DNA from: Azolla caroliniana
Lineage: Eukaryota > Plantae > Polypodiophyta
Assembly (NCBI GenBank): GCA_043228905.1
Contig: JBHGNT010000013.1
Coordinates: forward strand, 1,116,001-1,180,000
Direction of reading: 5' to 3'
Length of the DNA stretch: 64,000 nucleotides
Below, one piece after another: positions 35,346 to 48,100 of the stretch. Each line of letters opens with the position of its first letter. Positions within the stretch are counted from its first letter, which is position 1. The notes under the pieces were generated by a model. The model made no database searches. It had not been told where the DNA came from and saw only the letters and a program-made list of their open reading frames with translations. The position numbers were made by a program, and so were the translations under genes.

Positions 35346-37436
35346 ATTCTTTTAACTATTTGACTTTGATATAATTGGTGTCTAGAGCACACTAAAGTTA
35401 GGAGTTCGCCTATCTAGCAAAAACTTTTGATCTTCAGGGGGAATCCTAGAAACAATGTTGATAATTGATGATGCACTAAAGAGATTTGACATCAAATGGA
35501 TTTTAAGTCTCATATAATGTCTTTCTTAAGCCCACTTTTATGTACATAATTCTAGCGCGAGCACGCACACACACAATTTTAGTATTCGTTAGTGAATAAA
35601 ACTATTAATAATTGCCCGAGAACCTCTACCAAATTTTAGTTAGAGGAGGCCACAAGGAAAACTAAATTCTATCGCGAGAAACCTAATTTGAAAAGTTGTT
35701 CTAAAACTTGAAAACCAAGCCCGAATTCGCAATTTTCCTTGATTCATGAAACACTCTATGGCTTGTCATCGTTTCCATATGGACATACCATTAACTACGT
35801 TACTACGTAGTAAGCTTGTGTTCTTTTGATTGTTTCAAGTTTTGGGAGTGTTTTCAAACTTTAAATTCAATGGCATTAAATTTGAGAAGAAATCTTGCAA
35901 CCCATGTAATATCATGTCGCAAGACATTAACTTGAATAGAAACCCACATTGATCCAAGTAATACTCGTAATATCCCATGCCTATCGTCGTCATTATAGGA
36001 AACATCATGAATGAAATTTAGTGAATCATTTTCTTACCATGGATAACACCTTTCGTAGATAGAACTAAACTTGTTTTTATGAGAAGCAACTTGCTTCTCA
36101 AAATGAACTATGTTTGGTTTCCTAATAAATTAGTTTAATTCACTGAAACGCCCTAAATATTTAATTCATTCATAGTGGATTAAACATGCTTCAAAATCTC
36201 AGCCAAATATCAATGTTTAGACACTTCAATTTCTGTTAAAGAAGAATTTATCTATAGCATTTGGTTGGGAGTATATATGACATTTTAAAAAAATACAAGG
36301 GGTCAACTCGATATTCTCACACAATATACCATGGATATCATTTATATCGCCCCTTCATTTAGAGCATGTACAAATAATGTAACTACGAACTTGTAGGATG
36401 TGTGACAAGCTATTGTGTTAGTAATTCATATTGTTTGTGGCTTGGTGAATGGGGCCTACAACCATCACTTCCCACTTGGGCAATGCGCCTCTGTCGCTTT
36501 TTTTCCATTTGCCCTTTGTAAATTAAACTTTACCATTCTATCGTAAATGAAAATGCTAATAATGTGAGGACACACACGACATAATTTGACCACGAGTTGA
36601 ATTACATTTATAGCATCACCTGTTTAAAATTTAATAGCAATATACTTGGCGAGATTTTTAAGTCCTCTTCCTTTATGTACAACTTCAAGAAGTCACCAAA
36701 CCCAACTACTAAGATATAAAGTTCTCGATTGCAATCGTGAAAAATCAACGTTCCACTTTAAGATAGTCTCAATTCTTCCAACTTTAAAAAAGAGGCAACT
36801 TTGTGAAATCGTAGTCATATAGGGTATGACTTTCAGAAAATGCCTAACTTACATGGATTTTGGGAGTTTGGTTTCAAAAGCACATATGATGATATTGTTG
36901 TTAACATAACGATCACGTGCAATGCCAATTCTACTTTCAAGTAAAGCACATGCTTAAGTCTAACGATATGGTTGTCCATAAACTAATTGACCATCCATTG
37001 CCCAGTTGAACTGTAAGAGTTACTAATGTATGCCACGATTATGGTGATTAAAGTGCACAATGGTCCATCAAATGACGAAAGATTGATTGAGATGGCAAAG
37101 CCAACATCAACTTAAACCAAACCAGTTGTCTATCATCCACAACTTCACAACGGGGGATTTACACACAAGCTCTATGATCAATACAATGATTGAGGTTACT
37201 ATTAAATGCCCAGAAGACCGATTACAATGATCAAGGTATGAATCAAAGACCCAGAGGGGATCGATCGAGATGGGGGGAGGGGGGTGGACCACTCAGGGCT
37301 GCTCCCCCACCCACACAAATGATCCCAGCCTCAACACGATCGAAGCAAAATGCTTCTGTAGGGTGTGACGGATGGGAAAAGATCAATCGTTGCTGCCATT
37401 GAAGGTAAGGTCCGGGTCGGTCAGAACGTGAAGGAA

Positions 37437-37856
37437 GGTCAAGGGGGGGGATGGATGGGGTCCATTGAAGCCCATCCTTTTCCTATACACATATATGTAC
37501 ATTATACATATATGAATGTATACATATTTATAAAGTATGTATAATATGTATTTATAAAGTATGTATATGAATGCTTGACTAAGTCAAGTCTATGGGGCGC
37601 AAGAGGGAATGGGTCAGCGGTCAAGGAGAGCAAAATATGTACATACACAGAAAGAAGAAGAACGAGAGAGGAAAAAAATGGAAGTTTGAACCCATCAATG
37701 AATGAATGAATGAATGAATGAATGAATGAATGAAAGAAACATGATGATGATGATGAGGATATGGCTTTTTTGAACCTCTCCTTCCTTCCCTCCCTCTGTT
37801 CTGCTCTGTTCTGTTCTGTTCCTGTCTCTCTGTCTGACTCTTTCTCCATATCCTTC

Positions 37857-37889
<33 letters not shown>

Positions 37890-37926
37890 TGATTCATAGC
37901 TCTTAACTGCGGCCTCCCCTTTGACT
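37437..37926. promoter_or_regulatory. W-box cluster upstream of the WRKY gene
   Basis: GGTCAA at 37437 and 37619, inverted pair TTGACT-A-AGTCAA at 37575-37587, TTGACT at 37921. Confidence 0.55.
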
Positions 37927-38022
37927 GGATCCGCCTCTCTCTCAGGTATGAAACCCCTGACTCCTTCCTCCCCTTTCTTTCTGCTGAGATTGAATGAATC
38001 TGAGAGCTTTTGGATGCTCCTG

Positions 38023-38060
<38 letters not shown>

Positions 38061-38469
38061 GTATTGCTTTTGATAACTGATTGATTATACATGCATACTG
38101 ACATAGCTATATACATACATACATACATACATACATACATACATACATACATGCATGTATGCATGCATATGTGTGTATGTGCCTACCTGCATATCTTACA
38201 AACATGCACACACATCCATACATTCCCGAGTGCATGGAAACTTATTATTATATCGTTGAGAAGAATGTACATATTCATGCTTGAGGCAGTGTTTTATTGC
38301 ATTTTAGGTTTAGTTGGGGAACTTCCTTACTAAAACCCTCATGAGAATACATTTTTAGGCTGAAGGGCATTTTAGGTTAGGTTTAGTTGAACTTCCTTAG
38401 TAAAACCCTCATGGAGCATACATGTTTTAGGCTGAATGATTGATTGCTTTGTCTATGTAGCTCGGACAA

Positions 38470-41405
38470 ATGGGAGAAGCAGTGATTTTAGCAAAGCCCA
38501 ACCCTTCAAGGCCACCTCTGGTTGTTCCTGCATCTAATCCAGGTGAAGAATCTTTCCTAAAAGGAAAACCCCAGAATACCTCCACCACGACAGCTCCGGC
38601 GAATCTTTTCAATACCCTCGGAGAGTTTGAACTGTATGCAGATTGTAAACCCTTTTCTCAACTACTGGCGGGAGCCTTCGGCTCTCCTATGTTTTCACCT
38701 TTCGAGACCCGACGAGAAAGCAGCTCAAGCATAAATCAATTGGGAGGTGCTCAAAATGATGGGTCTCAATCTTCCAACTATACTGCAAAATACCGTGCTA
38801 TGATGCCTTCTCGATTACCGATTCCTTCTTCAACCCCATACTTTACTGTTCCGCCCGGGCTTAGCCCAACAACATTTCTAGAGTCACCTGTTCTCTTCAG
38901 CGGGGGATTGGTAAATCCAAACTTTGCTATATCGTTTGACCAAACTGAACTTCTTTCCTTGTTTTTTTGGCTTTGTCTTGATTGGCATTTTGGTTTGTAG
39001 GCCGATCCCTCCCCCACAACAGGCTCATTTCCAGTATTGCGGATGAATAATGACGAAAAGGATTCGCAGGGCAACCTCAGTAACGACAAACTGAAGGACA
39101 ATAAATCCGATCAAAATGATAATGGTTTCATCTTCAGGCCCCATCCAATGGTGGTGAAAAGTGAAGTGGGTCTGGTAAGCAAGATTTCGAGGGTCGCTCA
39201 TTATGTAATCATGCCTTAGCCTATCTTAATTCTTTTTCCTGATGCAAACACATCTTATAGCTTATTCTAGTGTTTCTTTTCCCTATATTCAGCAAACCCA
39301 TTTTAGCTGATTCTAGTGTATCTCATTTATATTGTTAAAATTGGCCTTGCATATTCTTTTGTAGGGTCATTTTGGTGCATCGTATCACGACACATTGGAA
39401 AGTGCGGAGGATAGGACACCATCTCAGCTATTATCTCAACCAAATCTCAAGCCTGAGCCACGATTGCATTCAGAGATGAATCCTATGCCTAACGAGCCGT
39501 CGGTAAAGGTTCCGATGTCTCATCATTCATCGATAACCAACCATACATATTCATACAGGGAGAAGCCTACTTCAGATGGTTATAATTGGAAGAAGTATGG
39601 GCAAAAGCAGTTGAAGGGAAGTGAGTTCCCTCGAAGCTACTACAAATGCACGCATCCGAACTGCCCTGTCAAAAAGCAGGTGGAATGCTCAAATGAAGGA
39701 GAAATTACTGAAATCATGTATAAAGGTGACCACAATCATCCCAAGCCACAATCTACTAGAAGAACTGCCAGAAATGGTAGTCACTCTTTGGATAAGACCT
39801 TCCAAGAGAATGCCGCCGATGTTACAAATGCAACGGGTAGAGTGGATTCAGACAGGATTTCTGTTGAAGTGTCTTCATCATCTTTGGTGATTTCACATAC
39901 TGGTGTGACTGGAACACCCGAGCACTCTTTTTGCTCACCTGGCGATGACGATAATGAAGCCACTAAAATGGACAAGGATGATGAAGATGAGCAAGATTCC
40001 AAACGCAGGTAGTTAGGCCTTAGGTTTAGAATTTTCTTTTCAAGGTTACTACATTTTATGTGATGTGCGTTTCTAATATAGCAAACTAATCTTGATATTC
40101 AGGAGAATTGAAGAGGGAATGGTAGCCAATGCCCCGATTAGGACAATCCGTGAACCACGTGTAGTAGTAAAGACTGTTAGTGAGGACGACATACTCGATG
40201 ATGGCTATAGATGGCGCAAATATGGTCAAAAGATTGTAAAAGGGAATTTTTACCCCAGGTTTGAACACTTTCTCTTTTCTCATGTTATCATTGTATATGT
40301 GGGTTTGCTTTACTTTTAAACTCCCTTCTGTAATCTAGAAATTTTCGGAGCTAATATTGTCTTATACCAATAGAAGCATTATTATGGAGGGTGTTATTTG
40401 AAACTTGAACCCTGGAAACTAATTTTTGTATTGATTTGTGGATAGGTTGTATTTCAACCTGTGTCATGAATGATTCATTTGTTAGTCAGTAAATGTAAAT
40501 TTCGCGACCCTTGGGGAATGATCCTGTTGTACATGTGGGTTCCTTGGAACTTAAATTTTAAGGACATCTTGTGAAGAGCAATAGTGAAATTTGGGGAAGT
40601 CAATTGCTATGATATCTAGGTTGTGCGAGTGATTGATTGTTTTTGGGCTAAGCAAATGACACATTCTTTTGAGTGCAAAATGTTCGTTTTATATGCAATA
40701 CGAGTTATAATTCTCTTAAGATCATCTGGTCATGGGAATCTAATTGTGAATAGTAGAAATAACTCGCTTGTCTTGTCTGAAAGGGGGGTTTCCTCAACCA
40801 AGTGTTTTGTTTAGTTCATGCTCTTGGTTTGTTGGATTCTGGACATTTTTTTTGGTCCAATATAAAGTAATATGGATGCGCATCATCAGTAATAACGTAA
40901 AATATTCCCTGGTTTTGACAGGAGCTACTACAAATGCACGAATGTAGGTTGCGTAGTGAGGAAACACTTGGAACGATCTTCTAGTGACCCGAAATCAGTG
41001 ATAACAACTTACGAAGGAAAGCACAATCACAATGTTCCAGCAGCTCGAGGTGGAGGAGGAGGCCGAGAAGCAAATGTGTGTGCATCTTCTTCTTCTTCTT
41101 CTTCTTCTTCTATTGCTACACATCCACCCTCGACACATGCAATTGCTGGTTCAGATATATATTGTAGGCCATCGGTGGTGATCGAGAATGATTCTGTGAA
41201 CCTAATAGAAGACGATAGGTTGAGAAAGACAGTAGTAAATCGTGTAGATTACAACACCAGCAATAGCTCCAGAATACCTTCGGGTGTTACATTGCCGATG
41301 AGCCTAATGGGCTCACACTTCTCTGGAACAGGGCTATTCCGAAATGATGAATTAGGCCAGATTTCGGGACTGGGTTACAACAATATTCCTTTCTCGAGAA
41401 CATGA
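38470..41405 (+). CDS. WRKY: Group I WRKY transcription factor (two WRKY domains), ~632 aa
   Basis: Exons 38470-38910, 39001-39174, 39365-40008, 40103-40258 and 40922-41405 have GT-AG introns in frame (1899 nt). FSQLLAGA and [13 protein letters not shown] (SP cluster) motifs. Domains [20 protein letters not shown] and [14 protein letters not shown]|SYYKC..HNH, with the conserved PR intron. Confidence 0.95.
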
Positions 41406-43981
41406 TGCCGAGGAAAGAAAAGTGTGCAAGGGAAGGTTGAAAAGATGGCCGTCAATGAAACATAACAAATGTTCATATAAATTTTTTCAGTAGGTTTGTT
41501 CCAATCTATGTATATTTTGACTGCTCATAGATTGTCCGATGCACGGATGATTAGAAATGGTGCCGGGCTTGCTGATTTTAACTATTGGGTCATGTTGTGA
41601 AAGAAAAGAGAAGCTTTCATTAGAATCCTCTTTCTGACCAACATGTTTTTGTTCACTTGAATGTTACCCCATACATTTTATAGATTTTCAGATTGTAGAG
41701 CCGAAGGGAAAGTTATGACATGTATAGGTTCAGGTTTTATAATTTCTGCCTTGACTGAACATGATTCTCATGGTGTAGGGGAACTTTGAACACATAACAT
41801 CTTGATCTAGGACATCCTTGATGGTATTGTGTGTTCATTCACATGATACTAGTATTCCCCGCCATAGCATGTATGCTTTGATCCAGGAAGATCCTGATGC
41901 CTCGATTGTGCCATGGTATATCAATTTAATTGTTCAATTCAAGTTTCTAATGAAGTTAAATTAAAGTGTACTGTAGGCCACAATCAATGACAAAAGTTTC
42001 TTTGGGATTAGATTGATGTTATGCGTAACGGGGCAACGCCAACAATTGCTGGAATGCATTAGTAGCGCCAAAAGAAAAGTACAAGTTAAAAATGACGAAA
42101 GTTTCTATGGGAAGTTATGTCTTGAAGGGGCAACAATACACATGGAACCAATTGTTGTTGGAGCGCATTAGTAGAATAAAAGAAAAGTAGAAGGTGAGAT
42201 GAAAAACTAAGCCAATTTCTTGCTTCCACTTTTTGGACCATGAAATTGGTTCTATGATCAAGACTATGCAAATGAACAAAAGAACTTTCTTGTTGTCATA
42301 GGCATTGCTTTCGACCTAGGAGTTCTTGAACTTTAATACAAACTTACAAGAAATCTTGTCGATGTGCGAGGTTCTCATACGTAAGGCATACCATGTAATA
42401 TTCTATTTTTTTGTGGCATCACAAGTCACATATTTCCCTTTTTTGCTCGATGTTCTTTGTTGGGTTGTTCTCCATTACATGTGGAGGACATCCAATGTGG
42501 TTGATTAAAACATGGACTAGAATGAGATGGTGTGGAAAAGCTCTCAACGGGTGTATTAGAGGATCTGACTTCTTTCCTTAACATGGGCATGGAGAGAGTA
42601 GATAGAATGGAAAAGAGCGGGAATATAGTGCACAAAAGAAAGGAGATAACACAAAAGACAAAACAAGGATGGGACATTGGTAGAGGCAAGATGGGGAAGC
42701 AAGTGGTAAAGGATCTATTCTTGTACTTGAATTGAATAAGGACAATCAGGCTTCAAGCAGGTAAAATATAAAGGGGAACGCATGCTATTGTTGATGTAGC
42801 CGATATTGAACTCTAAAAACTTGAGACTTTTCCTTTCTAGAATTTCTTCAAAAAGTTCTATATTCCAAGTTTATATTTGGGTTGATGTTTTTTTAGACTC
42901 CACGATGAACTTAAGTTGCTATCTGCACACACTCCTTTTTGTGGGTGAATGAGTATGAAGACCTCATACACTCCTTTTCATGGGTGAATGAGTGTATGAG
43001 GTCACTCCTCATGCTTATATTGCTCAAGAAGATTATCCAATTCTCCACAAAGGATTATTGGAAATCCTTTGATTGTTTCCGGTAGACAAACACATTTACT
43101 TGGATAACCGACAAAGGCTTCTCACACGAAGGCGTGTTGCCTATCTCGACATTCATGCATAAAAATATTGCTGAATATTCTTTGCCTATTTGAGGAGGGA
43201 AAGAGATGTGGTCAAGAAAGCCAAATGTATTGAGAAGTTCAATTTGGGAAGATACTGTTTTGAAAATCCCATGCTTGAATCTTGATGTTTTGGGCATGGA
43301 CTACAAATATAGGGATTTTAGCTTGCAACATCTTGTTCTCAAAACAAAGTCACTACCGAACGACACTCCACCCATATGGTTATTTGTCGTAATAGGCTGA
43401 TCTTATTCAATTATAAATGATTATTATATGTATTCACCACTAACAATGTAAAAGCATATGCTTCAATGTTGTAACTTGTATGGTATGTATGATTCCATAT
43501 CCTTGAATTACATCAAATACTCCTACTTTATAACACTTGTGCAACAATGCTAGCAAACAAAATGCGCCCTCATGTATGGAAATGTTTATGAGCTTGTCGA
43601 AGATATTTTATCGAGAGAACAATATCCAATAAGAAAACATAGATGATCTATGAGAGGCCGCCGAATTCGGGTGTTATTTTTTTCTCGTAAACTCCCCCTT
43701 ATCATTTCGTGCTTGGAAAGCAAACTCTCGACTGAACTAGTAAAATAAATAATAATATTCCCGAATGTGGCTTCACATTCCCCGTAAAACAACGTAAGGC
43801 TCGCAAACACATAGATCTGCATATAAATAATAGCTATCATAAATCTAAGCCAAGCAGAGAGTCTGAGAGAGGGAGGGAGAGGGGGCACACAACTTTTGTC
43901 AGTAGCAAAGCATCCAAAAGCGATATATATTATACAGAATCCAATATTATATCCAATGACATCGACAGATGCCGAACAACT

Positions 43982-44207
43982 ATGTGTGTGTGTGTGTGTG
44001 TGTGTGTCGAGGCATGCTTAAACCTAACAACCTTATCATTCCTACCAACTCATTCTCGGGGGTTGTCGTCGATTGACCGAGCGGAGCCATGGATATACAG
44101 AATATGGGAGCAATATATGCACATACATATATTTCCATAGACACACACACACACACACATCCAATAGAAACATTTAACATACATCAGTGACATCATCCAA
44201 AAATACA

Positions 44208-44239
<32 letters not shown>

Positions 44240-44557
44240 CATGTACATATAAGTACATACATACATATGTGCCTACGTACATGCATACATACATACATAC
44301 ATACATACATACATACATGCATACATACATACATACATACATACATACATACATTACATCTTACGACATCGATCCATGGGCCTACAAATCGACGAGAGAG
44401 ATGAGATGGGGTAGTAAGTAGGTAGGATTGATGGATGGGGTTTGTATTCATGCATGTGTGTGTGTGTGTGTATGGGGGTTAGGTTAGGTTGGGTTAGGCC
44501 CACAAACAAAGTAAAGGAATTCTATCCACAAACGTAGTGTGAAAGCATTTAATAAAC

Positions 44558-44590
<33 letters not shown>
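43982..44590. repeat. Microsatellite cluster (TG)n, (CA)n, (TACA)n
   Basis: Direct inspection. Confidence 0.9.
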
Positions 44591-44593
<3 letters not shown>

Positions 44594-44620
44594 GGAGTTC
44601 TTCCTCTTTCCTCTTCTTTC

Positions 44621-44840
44621 CATTGAAGCTGCAGACGAAGAAGAGCCTGCTGCAGCTTCTTTCCTTTCCTCCTCTTCTCTCTCCTTTTCGAAAGCTCCAG
44701 GAACGAAGGTCTTTCTCTCTCCATTGAAGCTGCAGATAATGAGCGGTAGCCTTCCTTCTTCAGCCTCTTCTCCACATTGAACGCTGCAGATGATGAGTGT
44801 GAGGCTTCCTTCTTGCTTACCCTTCCATTGATTCCGCAGA
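44621..44840 (+). promoter_or_regulatory. Tandem repeat forming serial short upstream ORFs in the probable leader of the ANK-AAA gene
   Basis: uORFs 44739-44780 and 44790-44831 (13 aa each), plus ACG-initiated 44635-44727. All end CAT-TGA. Confidence 0.5.
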
Positions 44841-45181
44841 AAGCACAAGATCTCTGCACCGATCTCCCCCTTCCCTCCCCCCCCCCCCCCCCCCCCTTTT
44901 CCTGCTACCTGTTCTCTTTTGATTTTTGCACACCAGAGCTTTTGTCCTTCCTTTCTTTTCTTCATCCGCCACTGCGTAAAGAAGGTTTCTTGAAGTCTTG
45001 GCCATTCCCTGAGCTTCTTGGATTCACCATATCGATTTCGGTTTTCATTGTCCCTTGTATATTCTTGCAAACGAACTAGAACTAGAAGAAGAAGAAGAAG
45101 AAGAAGAAGAAGAAGAAAGAAGAAGAAGAAGTACTAGTAGTAGTAGTAGAAGAAGGATTAAATAAAACAGAAACCTAACAG

Positions 45182-48100
45182 ATGGATCTGCAACAAGCTC
45201 TGCATCAGAGACGAGCGAGAACGCGAGCTGATTCGCTTCACTCTCTTGCTCAAGCAGGAGATGGCGTTGGCTTGAAGAGGAAACTACAGGAGAATCCAAA
45301 CCTAATCAATGAAAGGAATCCTGTGGTAGGCATTTTCTTTTGCTTCCCTTCTTTATTTCCTGACCGTCGTCTTCGTCCGCGTCTGCCATCTCTTTCTTTA
45401 TTATCACTACTTCCGTCATCTTTCTTTTTCTTTATTTCTCTCCTCCTCCTTTCCTCCATTCTTCTCCGTTCATTTGTTTCCTTTTCCGTTCTTCATTTTC
45501 CGTTTCTTTCTTCTGCAGATGTCTCAGACGCCTCTCCACGTGGCAGCTGCTAGCAATGAAGCTGAGCTCGTCAAGCTTCTGCTCGAATGGAAAGGTCCCG
45601 AGAAAGCCGATATTGAAGCTAGAAACATGGTGAATCTCCCGAGTATTGTTTCTTATAGGGAATTTCCATGTCTTTGCCTGCCTGCCTGCCTGCTGGTCTT
45701 CTTTTTGTTATAATCGAATGTCGGAACACTGTGAGCTCTGTTCGTTTTTCTTTGGGAAATGTCCTGCCTTTGTCTTCTTATCATCGTTCTATTTTAATTG
45801 AACACGGGAATCGCCAATACACTTCTCTGCGTGGGAAATGGGAACCATTACTATTCTTTCTGAGAAAAGTTCTTATCTTCGCTTGCTGAATCATAAAGGC
45901 ATTCTAAATCAACATTGCTAATCTCTCTTATTCAAATTACAATTACTACTCTGCTGATCTTCTAATCTTTGGAAAGTCTAATCTTCTTCCTGCTTATGTG
46001 ACGTGTTGTAATGGTAAGATGCAAAATGTTAACCTTTGGTAATCTTTATGCACCTTTACATTATTATATTCTCTTTTTACTAACTTTTCAGAAAGAAACT
46101 GTCTAAGCATTGCTACGTTTTCCTAGTGGTAAATTTTATATATTTCTGTGCTTTCTTTAGGAAATTCTCCGAGGTATTATTATTGCCGGCTGATTTGATC
46201 CGTGTTTGCAAATAAACATGGCTAGTCTTTTCTATTTGGGAATGTCTTTATGATAGTGTGTGTGTATTCTTAAAGAAGCCTTGCTATTTATGCATCAGTA
46301 TGGAGAAACGCCATTGCACCTGGCTTCAAAAAACGGGTGTACCGATGTAGTGAAGCTCCTCCTTCAACATAAGGCCAACGTCGAAGCGAAAGCCGGTGTA
46401 ATATATCTTCACCTTTGTTTCAATAATTTGATTAGGTGTTAGGTCCCTTTATACATAATTTGCTATCTGTTGATTTATACATAAAGTTATGTTACTTATC
46501 CTGTGCTTCAAATTGCTGGTAGTAATCTTATTCATATCTTGCTGTAGCTACCTCCATCTCTATGTGATTATGTGTTTGCTATTGGTTACCTCATACATTG
46601 AGTTACTGTTAGTTGCCTCATTCTATGTCTCACTGCTAGTTACCTTTTCCATCAATTAGCTGTTAATTACTCCATACTTTGGTTTCTGTTAGTTACTATA
46701 TATGTCGATTTGCTAGCTATGTTGTGCATTGGTCTGTTTGTGAGTTACCTTAGGTTTATTCAGCGATTTATTACTCATTGGTTGGGGCTTAGTTATGCAA
46801 TACACCCATTTACTGTTGAGGAAGAGGACGAAAGTTGGGAACAGCGGAAGTTACTTTCCTGTGTAAAGGATGGAGCGCTAAATGATGCATCGGAGTGTAC
46901 TGAGACAAACGAGATGATGGCATTTTGAAGTTCAAATCGTACAGTCAGAAAATGAAACTCATAGACATCCAACTGCTTATATTTTGTCCAATTGAGAAGG
47001 ATCACTGGCGTAGGAGAAATATTATTGAGACGAGAAGTAGAGATTCCGTCTAATGAGTTCCCAGTTGAGAAGCGTAATATTTATAAAAAGAAGAAGTATC
47101 ATTAAGCAGAAAACTGCAAGGGAATATTAATCAGGGTAAGAGGTGAGTACGAAAAAGAAGCCTCATTATATGAGGAGTACTCAGGATAATAAGTTCCAAA
47201 ACCAAAAGTAGGAGTTACGAGCTCAGCACTAGAAGTTTAACCAGTGAGAGATAATGAAAAACGATTATCTTGTTGAAAAAGTCAAGGTCCATGGATTCAA
47301 CCCAGAAATTTCTCATTGGCTAGATTGGAGGAAGATCATGATGGTAATGATATTATGGAGTTGAATTTCAATGAGGAAAGAGTTATATGGCCTGCCTGCC
47401 TGGGGTATTGCGTTGACTATTTAGGCCTCTTTTTTTCCAGATTATATAAGGCCTAGAGCATTTCGTATTTATTGTCAATTGCCAGGCTTTATCATATGCA
47501 ATTATACGTCAATTGCCAGCTATATAAAATAATGTCCATTGCCATTCATATTTCTGACGACGTATTCAGTTATATTGTCAATTGCCAGGCATAATCGTAT
47601 AAAATGATGTCATTTTCCAAGACATAATTGTATAACATAATATGTCAAATTGAAAGGCATAATTTCTATAATGTATAAAATTGTTATAAATTTATGTCAA
47701 TCGTATGAAACTTTGACATATTAAATTATTATGTCAATTGCCACGCACTCACATTTTAAATGCCAATTGCGAGGCATTATATTTTGTAACGTGTAAAATA
47801 TCTACAATATTATGTCAATTAGGGAGCGTAATTTTTGAGACAATCTCCCTCTCCCTAGGAAATATAACCCCAAAATATTAAAATATAACGGGAAGGAAAG
47901 CAAACTTAGAGGTCTAACCTTAAGATGCAAATAAATCAAAGGATGTGAAATAATCAGCAATAATAACATATTATTTTATATGTGCCATGATCAACAATAA
48001 CTATTTGTTTTATATGTTTGGTTTTTTGCTCGAGCATGAACAACAAATTTTATTACAAAATAAGTTCAAAATAAAATTTTCATATTGGTGCTAAGATGGC

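Noticed and set aside
37502-38333. Long ORFs in the ORF track (e.g. 37502-38164, also 44050-44451, 44549-45070, 28118-28537)
   Set aside because: Translations of microsatellites ((TACA)n, (CTA)n, (CTT)n, (TG)n), antisense to or upstream of real genes.
44621-44800. TGAAGCTGCAG repeats resembling miR167, or a miR397 target
   Set aside because: Only ~9 nt match miR167 and there is no long precursor hairpin. Pairing to miR397 needs about 3 mismatches plus 3 G:U pairs.
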